Origin: Gemmatimonadales bacterium
GTDB lineage: Bacteria; Gemmatimonadota; Gemmatimonadetes; Gemmatimonadales; GWC2-71-9
Direction of reading: 5' to 3'
DNA length: 64,000 nt
NCBI GenBank assembly: GCA_039794085.1
Contig: JBDIWC010000011.1
Span: 28,953 to 92,952, forward strand
The translations under genes and the position numbers were made by a program. Position 1 is the stretch's first letter; each line of letters begins with the position of its first letter. Below are positions 50,470-60,808 of this stretch, piece after piece. The notes beneath the pieces are model-generated. The model was not told the origin of the DNA and made no database searches. It saw only the letters and a list, made by a program, of their open reading frames with translations.

Positions 50470-52037
50470 TGAACAGATTCAAGGAGAGGGGCCGGACTCA
50501 GGTCCGGCCCGCTCTGCCTCCGGCCCTTGGCGTCGCCCTCGTGGCGGTGCTCGCGGCCGGATGCAGCGACGGAACGGAACGGGGCCCGATCGCCGAGGCC
50601 AATCCCGGCGCCGTTCCCCCGATCGTGGAAACCCTCGGCTCGGCCCGCCACGTGATCACCACCGCGCCTGGGGAGCGGCTCCTGGTGGACACCATTCCCC
50701 CCAGGGGGGGAGCGACCCTGCTCTGGTTTGCGGGGAGACCCACCCAACAGACGCCCGACGGCGCCCTGGTCACCGACGGGAGCGGCGGCCTCATCCGCTT
50801 CGACCCCGACCTGAAGGTGCGTCGCGTCCCGCTCGTCCTCGAGGGTCGTGAGATCGTGTCGGCCACGGGCGGCCCCGACGGCACCCTGTGGGTGGTGGAC
50901 CTGAATGGAGACGTTCTCCTCGCCCGCCCCAACGGTGAGTTGGAGCCCCAGCTCAAGAGTCCTTTCAACTATTCGGAAATCGGCGCCGACGGCCGGGGTG
51001 GAGCGTGGCTGGTTCGCTCTCCCGTGCGGTTTGCCTACGCTATCGAAAAGCCCGGAGCACCACTCCTCGCCCGGATTGGTCCCGACGGATCCCGGGCCGG
51101 CACCGCCGGTCTCGCCCGGCTCCCGGAGCACATTCTGCTGGCCGATCTCGACAACGCGGGTCGCGTCGCCGCCCGGGGCGATACGCTGTATTACGCCCCG
51201 TTCATCCGCGACCAGATCGTGGCCTTCACCGCGGCGGGAGACACCGCGTGGATCGCCTCCCGGGCACTGCCCCAGTCCACCACCGAGCCTCGGTTCGAGT
51301 TGCAGGACGGGAAGGCCGTCATCGACTATCACCCGGTGAACCTCGGCATCACCATCGGGCCCGATGATCGCCTCTACGTGCTGAGCACCACGGGGTTCAA
51401 CGACGGGGAAACCTTCGAAACCCGTCTCGACGTGTTCAACCGGACCGACGGAACCCTTCTCCGGACGGCCACCCTCCCGACCATCAGTCCGACGCTCGCG
51501 GTGGATCCCACGGGCCGCGTGTACCTGCTCGATGACCTCCGCCTCCTGACCGGACTCGCCCCGGCGGACCGCGAGGCCTTCGCCCCCTTCGACCTGGAAC
51601 GCCTGACTGGAGGCCGGATGAACAGCGACCACCTGCGCGGTTCCGTCACCCTCATCAACTTCTGGGCCAGCTGGTGCGCTCCCTGTCGCGAAGAGATGCC
51701 CGCGCTCGACTCCCTGCGGACCGCCATCGCCGACCCGGCATTCCAGTTCATCACGATGAATGAGGACGTCAAGGTGTCCGACGCTCAGGCCTTCATCGAC
51801 GAGTTCGGATTCGACTTTCCCGTGCTCCTCGGCAAGGGCGACCTGAAGGCAACGTACCACTACTTCGGCCTGCCCTACACCGTGCTGGTGGACCGTGATG
51901 GCAAGCTGATTCAACAGTGGATCGGGTATGCCGGCCCCGACCAGTTGGCCCGCATCCGCACCGTGATCGATGCCGAGCTGCTCCGGGGCCCGAGCGGAGG
52001 CGACTCGCACCAGGAGATGGACCACGGCGCACACTGA
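50469..52037 (+). CDS. Beta-propeller lipoprotein with C-terminal TlpA/ResA thioredoxin
   Basis: AAGC lipobox; NFWASWCAPCREEMP; His-rich tail. Confidence 0.85.
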   Translation: MNRFKERGRTQVRPALPPALGVALVAVLAAGCSDGTERGPIAEANPGAVPPIVETLGSARHVITTAPGERLLVDTIPPRGGATLLWFAGRPTQQTPDGALVTDGSGGLIRFDPDLKVRRVPLVLEGREIVSATGGPDGTLWVVDLNGDVLLARPNGELEPQLKSPFNYSEIGADGRGGAWLVRSPVRFAYAIEKPGAPLLARIGPDGSRAGTAGLARLPEHILLADLDNAGRVAARGDTLYYAPFIRDQIVAFTAAGDTAWIASRALPQSTTEPRFELQDGKAVIDYHPVNLGITIGPDDRLYVLSTTGFNDGETFETRLDVFNRTDGTLLRTATLPTISPTLAVDPTGRVYLLDDLRLLTGLAPADREAFAPFDLERLTGGRMNSDHLRGSVTLINFWASWCAPCREEMPALDSLRTAIADPAFQFITMNEDVKVSDAQAFIDEFGFDFPVLLGKGDLKATYHYFGLPYTVLVDRDGKLIQQWIGYAGPDQLARIRTVIDAELLRGPSGGDSHQEMDHGAH

Positions 52038-52194
52038 GCGGCCCCCTCCCCCCTGGGGGGGGGACCACTCTTGGCCAAAACAAGCTATACTTCACTTCGG
52101 CGGTGCCCACGACCGAGGCATCGTTGAGTCGTCTACTTGACAAATTGAACCGGGGGACGCTTCATCAAGCAGCCCCCCTGCCGGAGCACACACC

Positions 52195-52692
52195 ATGGCC
52201 CTGCCCTCATCCCCCCCTCCCCGCGCCGAGGTTGACGACGCCGTCAAGCTCTGGCTGATCCTCGACCGAGCCCACGGCGCGTTGCAGGAGGTCGCCGCGC
52301 AAGACGTGGCGCGAAACCAGCTTACCTTGGGCGAGTACGGGGTGATGGAAGCTCTCTACCACAAGGGACCGATGTTCCTGGGGGAACTTCAGCGCAAGCT
52401 GAATGTGTCCAGCGGGGGTATCACCTACCTCATGGACCGCCTCGAAAAGCACGGATACGCCGAGCGCCGCCTCTGCTCCGAGGATCGGCGCGCGAGGTAT
52501 GGAGTGCTGACGGATGCGGGCGAAGCGCTGGTGCGGAATTCCTTCCCGGGCCTCAGCCAGCGAATCCGGGAAGCCACCTCCGCCCTGACCGAACAGCAGA
52601 TCCACACCTTGACGGACCTCCTCCGTCAGTTGGGGCACCACGCCGCTGACATCGCCAACGCGGAAGAGTCCGAGGTTCTGGCGCGGGGTTGA
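52195..52692 (+). CDS. MarR family regulator
   Basis: SSGGITYLMDRLEK, EDRR..LT..G. Confidence 0.9.
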   Translation: MALPSSPPPRAEVDDAVKLWLILDRAHGALQEVAAQDVARNQLTLGEYGVMEALYHKGPMFLGELQRKLNVSSGGITYLMDRLEKHGYAERRLCSEDRRARYGVLTDAGEALVRNSFPGLSQRIREATSALTEQQIHTLTDLLRQLGHHAADIANAEESEVLARG

Positions 52693-52706
52693 GCCGTCGA
52701 GGCTGC

Positions 52707-53939
52707 TCAGGATCGGCGCAGCCTCTCGATCGCCAGGACGCCCAGGGCCGGCCCGAGGGCAAGCACCCCGAATGACCACTGCCATCCAAGCCAGTCGGCC
52801 ATTCGGGGCACCGCCTGGATCGAGATCGTGGAGATCGCGAAGCCGATTGACGTCTGCAGCGTGAGCGCGGTTCCCACGGCATGCGAGGGGACCTGCTCGG
52901 TCACCAGCGTCGAGAATTGAGCGCTGTCCGCGATCACGAACCACCCCCACACCACCGCCACCGCCACCAGTGCCCCGAAGCCCAGGGACCATGCCGCTCC
53001 GGTCAGGAGAGCGCACGCCCCGCTCGCCACCATGGCACTCCGCACCAGGCGTTCCCGGCCGATCCGATCCGCCACCCTCCCTCCCCAGACGCAGGCCAGC
53101 CCTCCGATCCCGATGGCGCCAAAGGTGGCCAGGGCCACTCCCCGGTGTGACACGGTGTCTCCCGCCGCGAGCGCTCCGGCCCCGAGAAAAGTGGCAAGCC
53201 AGGTCCAGCAGGCGTACAGCTCGATCATGTGTCCGCAGTACCCGGCTGTGGTGAGCCGCCACCCTCGCACCCGCACCACCTGTCCCACCAGGGACCACGA
53301 GAACGCCCGGCGGGAAAAGGGCCAGGGTCCCTCACGGTATCCCACGGTCACCAGGATGGCCGCAAGTCCTGCCGCAGCCGTGGTTGTCAGGATGACGGGC
53401 CGGAAACCGACTCCCCCGAGCGCTTCGACCAGATACGGCGTGGCCTTCCCCACCGTCAGTGCCCCCACAACCACCCCGATCGCAAGGCCCCGGCCCGACC
53501 GGTACCAGGTCGCCACCATCTTCATGGCCGGGGGGTAGACTGCGGCCAGAAAGAACCCCGTGACCAGACGCGACAGCACCGCGAGGGAAAACCCGGGAAC
53601 CACGAGGAGGGCAAGATTGGCCCCCGCTGCGCCGACCGCCCCGGCCGCGAAATACCAGCGAACCGGAAGGAGGTCGGCCAGGTTCAGAACAGCGGCCAGG
53701 AGGGTCCCGCCGACAAAGCCGAGCTGCACCGCCGAGGTGAGCCACCCCGCTTGCGCGGCAGTCAGATCCCCTCGAACCCGAAGTTCAGGTGCCACGACGC
53801 TCGCTGCGAGCCAAACCGACATGCCCAACAGCTCGGCCATCCCAACGAGGAAGAGCATCCGCCCCGCTCCCCCGGTGGCCGATTCCGGGAGGTGGGCTGA
53901 CGACGTGGCACCCTTCGTGTCGTGGGACAGAGCCGGCAT
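52707..53939 (-). CDS. MFS transporter
   Basis: VYPPAMK, GHMIELYA, ADSAQFS. Confidence 0.88.
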   Translation of the reverse strand: MPALSHDTKGATSSAHLPESATGGAGRMLFLVGMAELLGMSVWLAASVVAPELRVRGDLTAAQAGWLTSAVQLGFVGGTLLAAVLNLADLLPVRWYFAAGAVGAAGANLALLVVPGFSLAVLSRLVTGFFLAAVYPPAMKMVATWYRSGRGLAIGVVVGALTVGKATPYLVEALGGVGFRPVILTTTAAAGLAAILVTVGYREGPWPFSRRAFSWSLVGQVVRVRGWRLTTAGYCGHMIELYACWTWLATFLGAGALAAGDTVSHRGVALATFGAIGIGGLACVWGGRVADRIGRERLVRSAMVASGACALLTGAAWSLGFGALVAVAVVWGWFVIADSAQFSTLVTEQVPSHAVGTALTLQTSIGFAISTISIQAVPRMADWLGWQWSFGVLALGPALGVLAIERLRRS

Positions 53940-54005
53940 CGGTCTCCACGGGTGTGGGGAACGGGGAGTTGTGGCTGGAGGCCGCGCAAGATACACTGCG
54001 GCACC

Positions 54006-55202
54006 ATGTCCACGGAACGCCTCTACTTCGCTGACCCGACACTGACCACCTTCACCGCCCGGGTTCTCGCCCGGGACGCGTGGCAGGATCACCCTTCCGT
54101 GATTCTCGACCGGACGGCCTTCTATCCCGAGGGAGGCGGACAACCCGCGGATCACGGGCACCTGAACGCCATCCGGGTCCTCGACGTCCAGGTGGATGAG
54201 GAAGGCGCCCTCCGCCACATTCTCGAGGCGCCACTCCCGCCCGCCACGACCACGGTCACCGGCACGATCGACTGGCCCCGCCGCCTCGATCACATGCAAC
54301 AGCACCTCGGTCAGCACCTCCTCTCCGCCGTGTTCGCCACATTCCGCGGGCTCCGGACCGTCGGGTTTCATCTCGGCGCGGAGCAGGTCACGATCGACCT
54401 TCCCTCCCCTCCCTTGGGCCACGACATCCTGGATGAGGTCGAAGGGGCGGCCAACGATCTGATTCAGCGCGCCCTCCCGGTCGACGCTCGCTTCGTGACG
54501 GAGGAGGAGCTCGCCACCCTTTCCCTCCGGAAGCAGCCCACCGTGGACGGCCCGATCCGGGTCGTCTCCATCCCGGGCGTGGATCACTCCCCTTGTGGCG
54601 GTACCCATCCGGCCACCACGGCGGGAGTGGGGGCGCTGTTGATCCTCGGCCAGGAACGGTGCGGTGAGGATATTCGCATCGCCTTCCTCTGCGGCAACCG
54701 GGTTGTCCGGCATGGCCACGCGCAGGGCGAATTGGTGCAGCGGCTGGCGCGTTCCCTCACCGTGGGTTCGGGTGAACTCCCGGCCGCACTTGAGCGTCTC
54801 CGCACGGAAGAGAAGGACCAGCGGCGCCGGGCAGAGCGGGCGGAAATGGAATTGGCGGACGTGACGGCAAGCCTGTGGGTCAGGGAGAGCGAACCGGTGG
54901 GAGCAGGCGGTCCCGTCGTGGGGCGAGTCCTCACGGAACGGACTCCGGTCTGGACGAGGCAGGTGGCTCTTGCCGTGGCGGCACGCGGCGCGGTAGCGGT
55001 GTTGGCGGTCGAGGGCCCCAAGCCCCAGATCATCCTGGCATGCCCTCCGGGCGGTGTGGATGCGGCGGCGCTTCTCCGGGAGGCTCTCGAGGCCCGAGGC
55101 GGGCGCGGGGGCGGCACCTCCGAGCTGGCCCAGGGGGGAGTTCCGCGGGGAACCGACCTGGAAGCGGTTGTGGAGTCGCTGGTGGCCCGCGTAGCCCCGT
55201 GA
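54006..55202 (+). CDS. AlaX-type alanyl-tRNA editing protein with DHHA1 domain
   Basis: TAFYPEGGGQ, HMQQHLGQH, CGGTH, GRGGG. Confidence 0.9.
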   Translation: MSTERLYFADPTLTTFTARVLARDAWQDHPSVILDRTAFYPEGGGQPADHGHLNAIRVLDVQVDEEGALRHILEAPLPPATTTVTGTIDWPRRLDHMQQHLGQHLLSAVFATFRGLRTVGFHLGAEQVTIDLPSPPLGHDILDEVEGAANDLIQRALPVDARFVTEEELATLSLRKQPTVDGPIRVVSIPGVDHSPCGGTHPATTAGVGALLILGQERCGEDIRIAFLCGNRVVRHGHAQGELVQRLARSLTVGSGELPAALERLRTEEKDQRRRAERAEMELADVTASLWVRESEPVGAGGPVVGRVLTERTPVWTRQVALAVAARGAVAVLAVEGPKPQIILACPPGGVDAAALLREALEARGGRGGGTSELAQGGVPRGTDLEAVVESLVARVAP

Positions 55203-55287
55203 TATGCTTCCGGTTGTCCTGAGCATTTCTGATCGATGGTCATCCTGGCACGGGTGGTCATTCCTCTCTCCGACGGCGAGGCCAAGC

Positions 55288-57015
55288 ATGCACATCCCCG
55301 GACGACCTCTCCTCCTCGCGGTGTTGATCGGCCTCGCCATGGTTGGGGGCACGCCCGGGTCATGTGCGGCCGCCCAGGATCGCGGCGTGCCGTCGAGGGA
55401 CGGCCTGGTGGTTTCCACCGATTCCATCGCCAGCGACGTGGGGGCGGCCATCCTGCGGCGGGGGGGAAATGCGGTGGATGCGGCCATCGCCACCTCGTTT
55501 GCGCTTGCGGTGACCCACCCCGCGGCCGGAAACATCGGCGGCGGGGGATTCATGGTCATCGCTCCTCCCGAAGGCGAACCGGTGACGATCGACTACCGGG
55601 AAAGGGCCCCCGGTCGGTCCACCCCGACCATGTATCTCGCCGCGGACGGCTCGATCGACCGGACTCTGACCGCCACGGGTTATCTCGCCCCCGGAGTTCC
55701 CGGCACGGTCCGAGGCCTGGCTCTGGCACACGAGCGGTTTGGTTCGCTTGCCTGGTCCGACCTGGTTCTTCCCGCGGTGGAGCTCGCCGAGCGGGGTTTT
55801 CTCCTCTCCGAATCACTGGCCCGGAGCCTCAACGCCCAGGTGACCGGTCCGATGAAGCCCTTCCCCTCCTCGGTTGCTGCGTATGGAAAGCCGGGTGGGG
55901 GTGAGTGGCAGGCGGGTGACAGGCTCATCCTCACAGATTTGGGACGAACCTTGCGCGCCATTGCCACCGATGGTGCCGAGGCGTTCTATCGGGGATGGAT
56001 CGCCGACCGGATCGCCGATGATCTCGCGGCTCACGGAGGCATCATCACCCGGGATGACCTCTCCGCGTACGAGGCGAAGGTGCGCTCCCCCGTCCGCGGG
56101 ACATACAAGGGCTACGACATCATTTCCATGCCTCCCCCCAGCAGCGGTGGCACGGCCCTGATCGAGATGCTCAATCTCGTCGAGCCCCTCGACCTGGCGC
56201 GCCACCCCCGACTCTCTCCCCACACCCTGCACTGGCTGATCGAGGCCCGGCGCCTCGCCTTTCTCGACCGGGCCCGCCACCTTGGTGACCCCGACTTCGT
56301 CTCCGTGCCCGTGGCCCGCCTGACGGACAAGGCCCATGCGGATTCCCTCCGCACCCTCATCGCCCCCGACCGGGCCGGCAACAGCATGGAACTCGGGAAG
56401 GACATCGTGACGGTGACGGATGCCGAGAGTGACGAGACGACCCACTTTTCGGTGCTGGACCGGAACGGGTTGGCCGTGAGTACCACCACCACGCTGGAGG
56501 GCGGCTACGGTTCTCACGTGGTTGTGGAGAATGCGGGCTTTCTTCTCAACAACGAAATGGGAGACTTCAACCGGAAGCCGGGTGAAACCAACACCCGGGG
56601 CGACATCGGCACCGCGGCCAACCTGATCGCACCGGGCAAGCGGATGCTGAGTTCGATGACACCCACGATTGTGCGGAGGGAGGGACGGGCTGTCCTGATC
56701 ACCGGATCCCCCGGCGGACGGACGATCATCAACACCGTGTTCGACATCGTGCTCAACGTCCTGGAATTCGGCATGTCGGCGCGAGACGCCGTGGATGCGC
56801 CCCGTCTTCATCATCAATGGCTCCCCGACCGGGCCACCCTCGAGGCGGATGCCGTCGCGCCCGCCGTGCTCGACTCCCTTCGCGCCAAGGGTCACACCAT
56901 CGCCATGCGAGGCCGGCAAGGAGATGGTCACACCATCGTGGTTGACCTCGGGACGGGGATCGCCTGGGGAGCGGCCGACCGGCGAAGCAGCAATTCATGG
57001 GTGGCGGTCCCCTGA
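55288..57015 (+). CDS. ggt: Gamma-glutamyltransferase
   Basis: GGNAVDAA, ETTHFS, NNEMGDF, SSMTPT, GSPGG. Confidence 0.95.
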   Translation: MHIPGRPLLLAVLIGLAMVGGTPGSCAAAQDRGVPSRDGLVVSTDSIASDVGAAILRRGGNAVDAAIATSFALAVTHPAAGNIGGGGFMVIAPPEGEPVTIDYRERAPGRSTPTMYLAADGSIDRTLTATGYLAPGVPGTVRGLALAHERFGSLAWSDLVLPAVELAERGFLLSESLARSLNAQVTGPMKPFPSSVAAYGKPGGGEWQAGDRLILTDLGRTLRAIATDGAEAFYRGWIADRIADDLAAHGGIITRDDLSAYEAKVRSPVRGTYKGYDIISMPPPSSGGTALIEMLNLVEPLDLARHPRLSPHTLHWLIEARRLAFLDRARHLGDPDFVSVPVARLTDKAHADSLRTLIAPDRAGNSMELGKDIVTVTDAESDETTHFSVLDRNGLAVSTTTTLEGGYGSHVVVENAGFLLNNEMGDFNRKPGETNTRGDIGTAANLIAPGKRMLSSMTPTIVRREGRAVLITGSPGGRTIINTVFDIVLNVLEFGMSARDAVDAPRLHHQWLPDRATLEADAVAPAVLDSLRAKGHTIAMRGRQGDGHTIVVDLGTGIAWGAADRRSSNSWVAVP

Positions 57016-57039
57016 AACTCCTGCACCAGCCCTCTCTGC

Positions 57040-57185
57040 CTGGGTATTGGGCCCCTCGCCCCCCGTACCCAACGCCCACGTCCCGACACCCCGCGGTCAT
57101 GGGGGCTGGGTGGCGGGTATGGGGCCCCTCCCCCCAGCACCCAACACCCACATCCCATCACCCCGGGGTGCCGGGTGCCGGGTGT
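57040..57185. repeat. Degenerate CACCC-type heptamer arrays in alternating orientation
   Basis: ACCCAACGCCCACGTCCCGACACCCC, GGGTGGCGGGTATGGG, CACCCAACACCCACATCCCATCACCCC, GGGTGCCGGGTGCCGGGTG. Confidence 0.6.
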
Positions 57186-57205
57186 GACGCGGCCGATCGG
57201 AATTC

Positions 57206-58405
57206 ATGACAGACCTGGTGATTCTGATTCTCCTCGTGGCCGCCTCCTATCTGGCGGCTCACGTGGCCTTCGACTGGCTGGCCCGGCGCTTCCAGATCGT
57301 CTCGGGCGCCGAGTACCTCTTGCTGGGTATTCTGCTCGGCCCCAGCGTTTCCGGGCTGCTGGGCGATGACGTGATGATCCGGTTCGGACCGGTCATCACG
57401 CTGGGCCTCGGGTGGACCGGCGCGCTGTTGGGCGCCCACTTCGTGTTGCCGCGCATGATCCGGATTCCCGGCCCGGTCTACAGCATCGCCCTGACGGAGG
57501 CCCTGATCACGCTCTCTCTCGTCACCGTCGCGGAATGGCTGGTGCTGGTGGCACTCGGAGGAATGGATCGGTCCGCGGCGATCATCCCGGCCGTGGCCAT
57601 GGGAGCGATGGCCGCCGTGACGTCGGAAGCGGGTATCGCCGTGGCCACAAGCGGGCGCCAACCCCGGGATCCGTTGGTGCGGCAGTTGACGGTGTCCGCT
57701 GGCATGGGCGCCACTGTGGCGGTGGTGGCCTTCGGGCTGCTGGTGGCGATTGTGCATGAGAGTGTCGCCGTGACCCCCCGCAGTCCGACCGCGACGGAAT
57801 GGGTGGTCATCAATGTCGCTCTGGGTGCCGTCGGCGGCATGCTCTTTCACCTGTTTGTGGGGGAGGAGCGGCAGCCCGATCGCCTGTTCATCGCGCTCAT
57901 CGGGGCGATCATCCTGGTAAGTGGAGCTGCGGCCCACCTGAGGCTCTCGGCGATGCTCTCCGCCGTGGTCTTTGGCGCCATCCTTGCCAACACCTCGCTT
58001 CGGCATGGGGAGATCCAGACCTCCCTGGCGCGAGTGGAGCGCCCTCTCTACTTCACCCTGCTCGTGCTGGCCGGCGCCTCGTGGAATCCCGTCGGGGGTG
58101 AGTGGATACTGCCAACCCTGGCGTTCATTGCGGTCCGCGCGGTGAGCAAGGTCGGTGGCGCCCGGCTCGCTGCCCGGGCGGGGGGAGCCCTCCCGGTGCT
58201 CGGCGCCAATTGGGGGAATGGGTTGTTGGGGCAGGGGGGGTTCGCTCTCGTGGTCGGGCTCGGTTACCTGCAGCTTGGGGATCTTCCGGCCGGCTCAATC
58301 GTCTTTACCGCCGTGGTGCTCTCGACTCTCCTCACCGACCTCCTCTCGGCGAGATTCGCGGCTTCGGTCTTCGCCCCGCACACCGGGGGGGGGGAGCGAG
58401 GCTGA
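57206..58405 (+). CDS. Cation:proton antiporter (CPA2-like)
   Basis: YLLLGILLGP, multiple TM helices. Confidence 0.7.
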   Translation: MTDLVILILLVAASYLAAHVAFDWLARRFQIVSGAEYLLLGILLGPSVSGLLGDDVMIRFGPVITLGLGWTGALLGAHFVLPRMIRIPGPVYSIALTEALITLSLVTVAEWLVLVALGGMDRSAAIIPAVAMGAMAAVTSEAGIAVATSGRQPRDPLVRQLTVSAGMGATVAVVAFGLLVAIVHESVAVTPRSPTATEWVVINVALGAVGGMLFHLFVGEERQPDRLFIALIGAIILVSGAAAHLRLSAMLSAVVFGAILANTSLRHGEIQTSLARVERPLYFTLLVLAGASWNPVGGEWILPTLAFIAVRAVSKVGGARLAARAGGALPVLGANWGNGLLGQGGFALVVGLGYLQLGDLPAGSIVFTAVVLSTLLTDLLSARFAASVFAPHTGGGERG

Positions 58406-58406
58406 C

Positions 58407-59831
58407 ATGCGTCGCCTCATCATCCTCGTCCTCCTGGTCGCGGGACTGAACCTGATCGCCCCCCTGGGCGACCAGGGACGAGGCTCGGAATGGCTCCTGG
58501 CCCTGGGCTTTCTGATCCTCGCCGCCTACAGCGTCGGCGAGATCCTCGAGAGATTCGGCATCCCCAAAGTCGTCGGATACGTTCTGGCCGGCATTCTCTC
58601 CGGCCCGGGGGGACTCGAGGTCGTGACCCGGCAGGCCTCCTCGGGGCTCGCGCCGGTGTCCACCCTCGCGATCGGCCTGATCGCCTTCCTGGCCGGCGCC
58701 GAGCTTCGGTGGGATGACCTGCGGGAGCGGTGGCGGATCATCCTCCGGATCCTGACGGCGGAGCTGGCCGTCGCGTTCCTCCTGATCACCGGGCTCCTGG
58801 TTGTGCTGCTCCCGTATGTGGAGGCGTTCTCGACCGACCGGACGCCGGCGATCCTGGCCTTCAGCCTGCTGTTCGCCTCCATCGCGATCGTGCACTCTCC
58901 CGTGGTCACGATGGCGCTGCTCACCGAGACTCGCGCCGAAGGTCCGGTGGCGCGCACGACGCTGGGCGTCGTCCTGCTTGCCGACGTGGTGGTGATGCTG
59001 CTCTTCAGTGGGACACTCGCGCTGACGCGTGCCATCGCCCCCGCGAGCGGAACCGACGCCGCCGGGACCGACCTGGCCTCCGTGGCCTGGGATGTGGGGG
59101 GTGCCGTGATCGTCGGCGTGGCGCTCGGCGTCGTGGTGGCGCTGTACCTCCGGCTGTTGCGCCGGGAGCTCTTCTTCTTCGCGATCATGGTCGCGCTGGC
59201 CGGAACTGTCCTGGCCGGCGCCCTCCATGTGGAGGCCCTGCTGATGCTCCTGGTGGCCGGGTTCGTCAGTGAGAACCTCTCCCTGCCCGCGCATGGCGCT
59301 GATCTCCGCCACGCCATGGAACGATCGGCCGCACCTGTCTTCACCGTGTTCTTCGCCATCTCGGGAACCAAGATCGTTCCGCTGGAAATGGCCGGGGTCA
59401 TCGGGCTGGCGATCCCGATCGTGCTGGTCCGCGCCCTGGGCATCTGGACGGGATCGCTGGTCGGGGCGCGTTGGGCGGGAATCCGAGAACAGGGCCCCCT
59501 GATCTGGAAGGGGCTCGTGTCCCAGGCCGGGGTGGCGCTTGGCCTGGCCGCGCTTCTCGCCCAGGCCTATCCGAGCCGTGGTGTGGCGCTCCAGGCCATC
59601 CTGGTGGGAGTCATCGCGGTCAATGAAATGATCGGACCGGTTCTCTTCCGCCGTGCCCTGGTGCAGAGCGGGGAGATTCCGGCCGGACCGGCGGATTCCG
59701 ACCGGGAACCCGAGGGGGGGGTGGAGGACGGACGCGGGCTCTCCCCCGGCGTGCCGACCACGCCCTGGTCATTGCTGTCGCCGACCGGCCCACCCACCGA
59801 CGAAACCCGAGGGGAGCCGCGTGACCCCTGA
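58407..59831 (+). CDS. Cation:proton antiporter (CPA2-like)
   Basis: PKVVGYVLAG, LVSQAGVALGL, NEMIGP. Confidence 0.8.
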   Translation: MRRLIILVLLVAGLNLIAPLGDQGRGSEWLLALGFLILAAYSVGEILERFGIPKVVGYVLAGILSGPGGLEVVTRQASSGLAPVSTLAIGLIAFLAGAELRWDDLRERWRIILRILTAELAVAFLLITGLLVVLLPYVEAFSTDRTPAILAFSLLFASIAIVHSPVVTMALLTETRAEGPVARTTLGVVLLADVVVMLLFSGTLALTRAIAPASGTDAAGTDLASVAWDVGGAVIVGVALGVVVALYLRLLRRELFFFAIMVALAGTVLAGALHVEALLMLLVAGFVSENLSLPAHGADLRHAMERSAAPVFTVFFAISGTKIVPLEMAGVIGLAIPIVLVRALGIWTGSLVGARWAGIREQGPLIWKGLVSQAGVALGLAALLAQAYPSRGVALQAILVGVIAVNEMIGPVLFRRALVQSGEIPAGPADSDREPEGGVEDGRGLSPGVPTTPWSLLSPTGPPTDETRGEPRDP

Positions 59832-59853
59832 GCCCCGGAGGCGGTGTCCTCCC

Positions 59854-60324
59854 GTGACCCCATCATCCCCCGCACGGTCCCCCGACCGCCGGGCCACGGC
59901 CGGGTCCCCCACCGCCGTCGGCGTCCGGTTCGAATGTCAGGGCACCGGTCGCTGCTGCGTGTCCCGTGACGGATACGGGTATGTCTACCTGACGCTCGAC
60001 GACCGGCGACGCCTCGCTCGCCACCTGGGCTTCACGACCTCGCAGTTCACTCGGCGGCACTGCACCCGCACCGACGGTTGGTTTCATCTGCGCGACTTCG
60101 ACGCCGCCTGTCCCTTCCTCGCGGGCACCCGCTGCACGGTCTACGAGGGGAGACCGACGCAGTGTCGCACCTGGCCCTTCTGGCCGGAGAACATGACGGC
60201 CAAGGTCTGGAACGAGGAGATCGCCACCTACTGTCCCGGAGTGGGACAGGGACGGGAATGGTCCCGCGAGGAGATCCGGGAGCTCGTGCAGCTGGACCCG
60301 ATCCGTTCAGGAAAAGCAGGGTGA
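59854..60324 (+). CDS. YkgJ family cysteine-cluster protein
   Basis: CQGTGRCC, CPFL, RPTQCRTWPFW, CPG. Confidence 0.88.
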   Translation: MTPSSPARSPDRRATAGSPTAVGVRFECQGTGRCCVSRDGYGYVYLTLDDRRRLARHLGFTTSQFTRRHCTRTDGWFHLRDFDAACPFLAGTRCTVYEGRPTQCRTWPFWPENMTAKVWNEEIATYCPGVGQGREWSREEIRELVQLDPIRSGKAG

Positions 60325-60337
60325 TGTAAGGGGTACC

Positions 60338-60808
60338 TCACCGGTCCTCGAGGATCAGTTCCCGGGCGCAGTGTTCGCAGGAGGTCGTGAGGGGAAGCCG
60401 GTAGGGGGTCCCTCCGAATCCGACGAAGAGCGAGGTCTCCTCCCCGCACGCGGGGCAGGTTCCGTGGGCGGCACGGAGTACCGTCGAGCCCCGGAGGCTT
60501 CGAGCGGCAAAGAAGATGCCGGCGAGAACGATCGGGATCCCGGCCAGGTGCATGAGCGGAATGGGGAGAAAGAGGGCCGCGAGGACCAGCGAACCGAGGA
60601 GCGTCATGGCGGCCTTGCCGACCCGGGCCCCGAGCCCGGGGCTCCGCACCATGCCGATCGCCGGCGCCGTGCGCTGTTCGCCCGCCACCCGAAGCACCAG
60701 GGGGCGTTCCGTCGAGGGGGAGGAGGGTGGGGTTGCGTCGGGCTCCTCGTCTTCCTCTTTCAGATCGGCGGCATCGAACGGCTCGACGTCATCCTGCCAG
60801 GGTGCCAT
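60338..60808 (-). CDS. Membrane protein with Zn-ribbon
   Basis: Two TM helices; CPACG..CEHC. Confidence 0.65.
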   Translation of the reverse strand: MAPWQDDVEPFDAADLKEEDEEPDATPPSSPSTERPLVLRVAGEQRTAPAIGMVRSPGLGARVGKAAMTLLGSLVLAALFLPIPLMHLAGIPIVLAGIFFAARSLRGSTVLRAAHGTCPACGEETSLFVGFGGTPYRLPLTTSCEHCARELILEDR

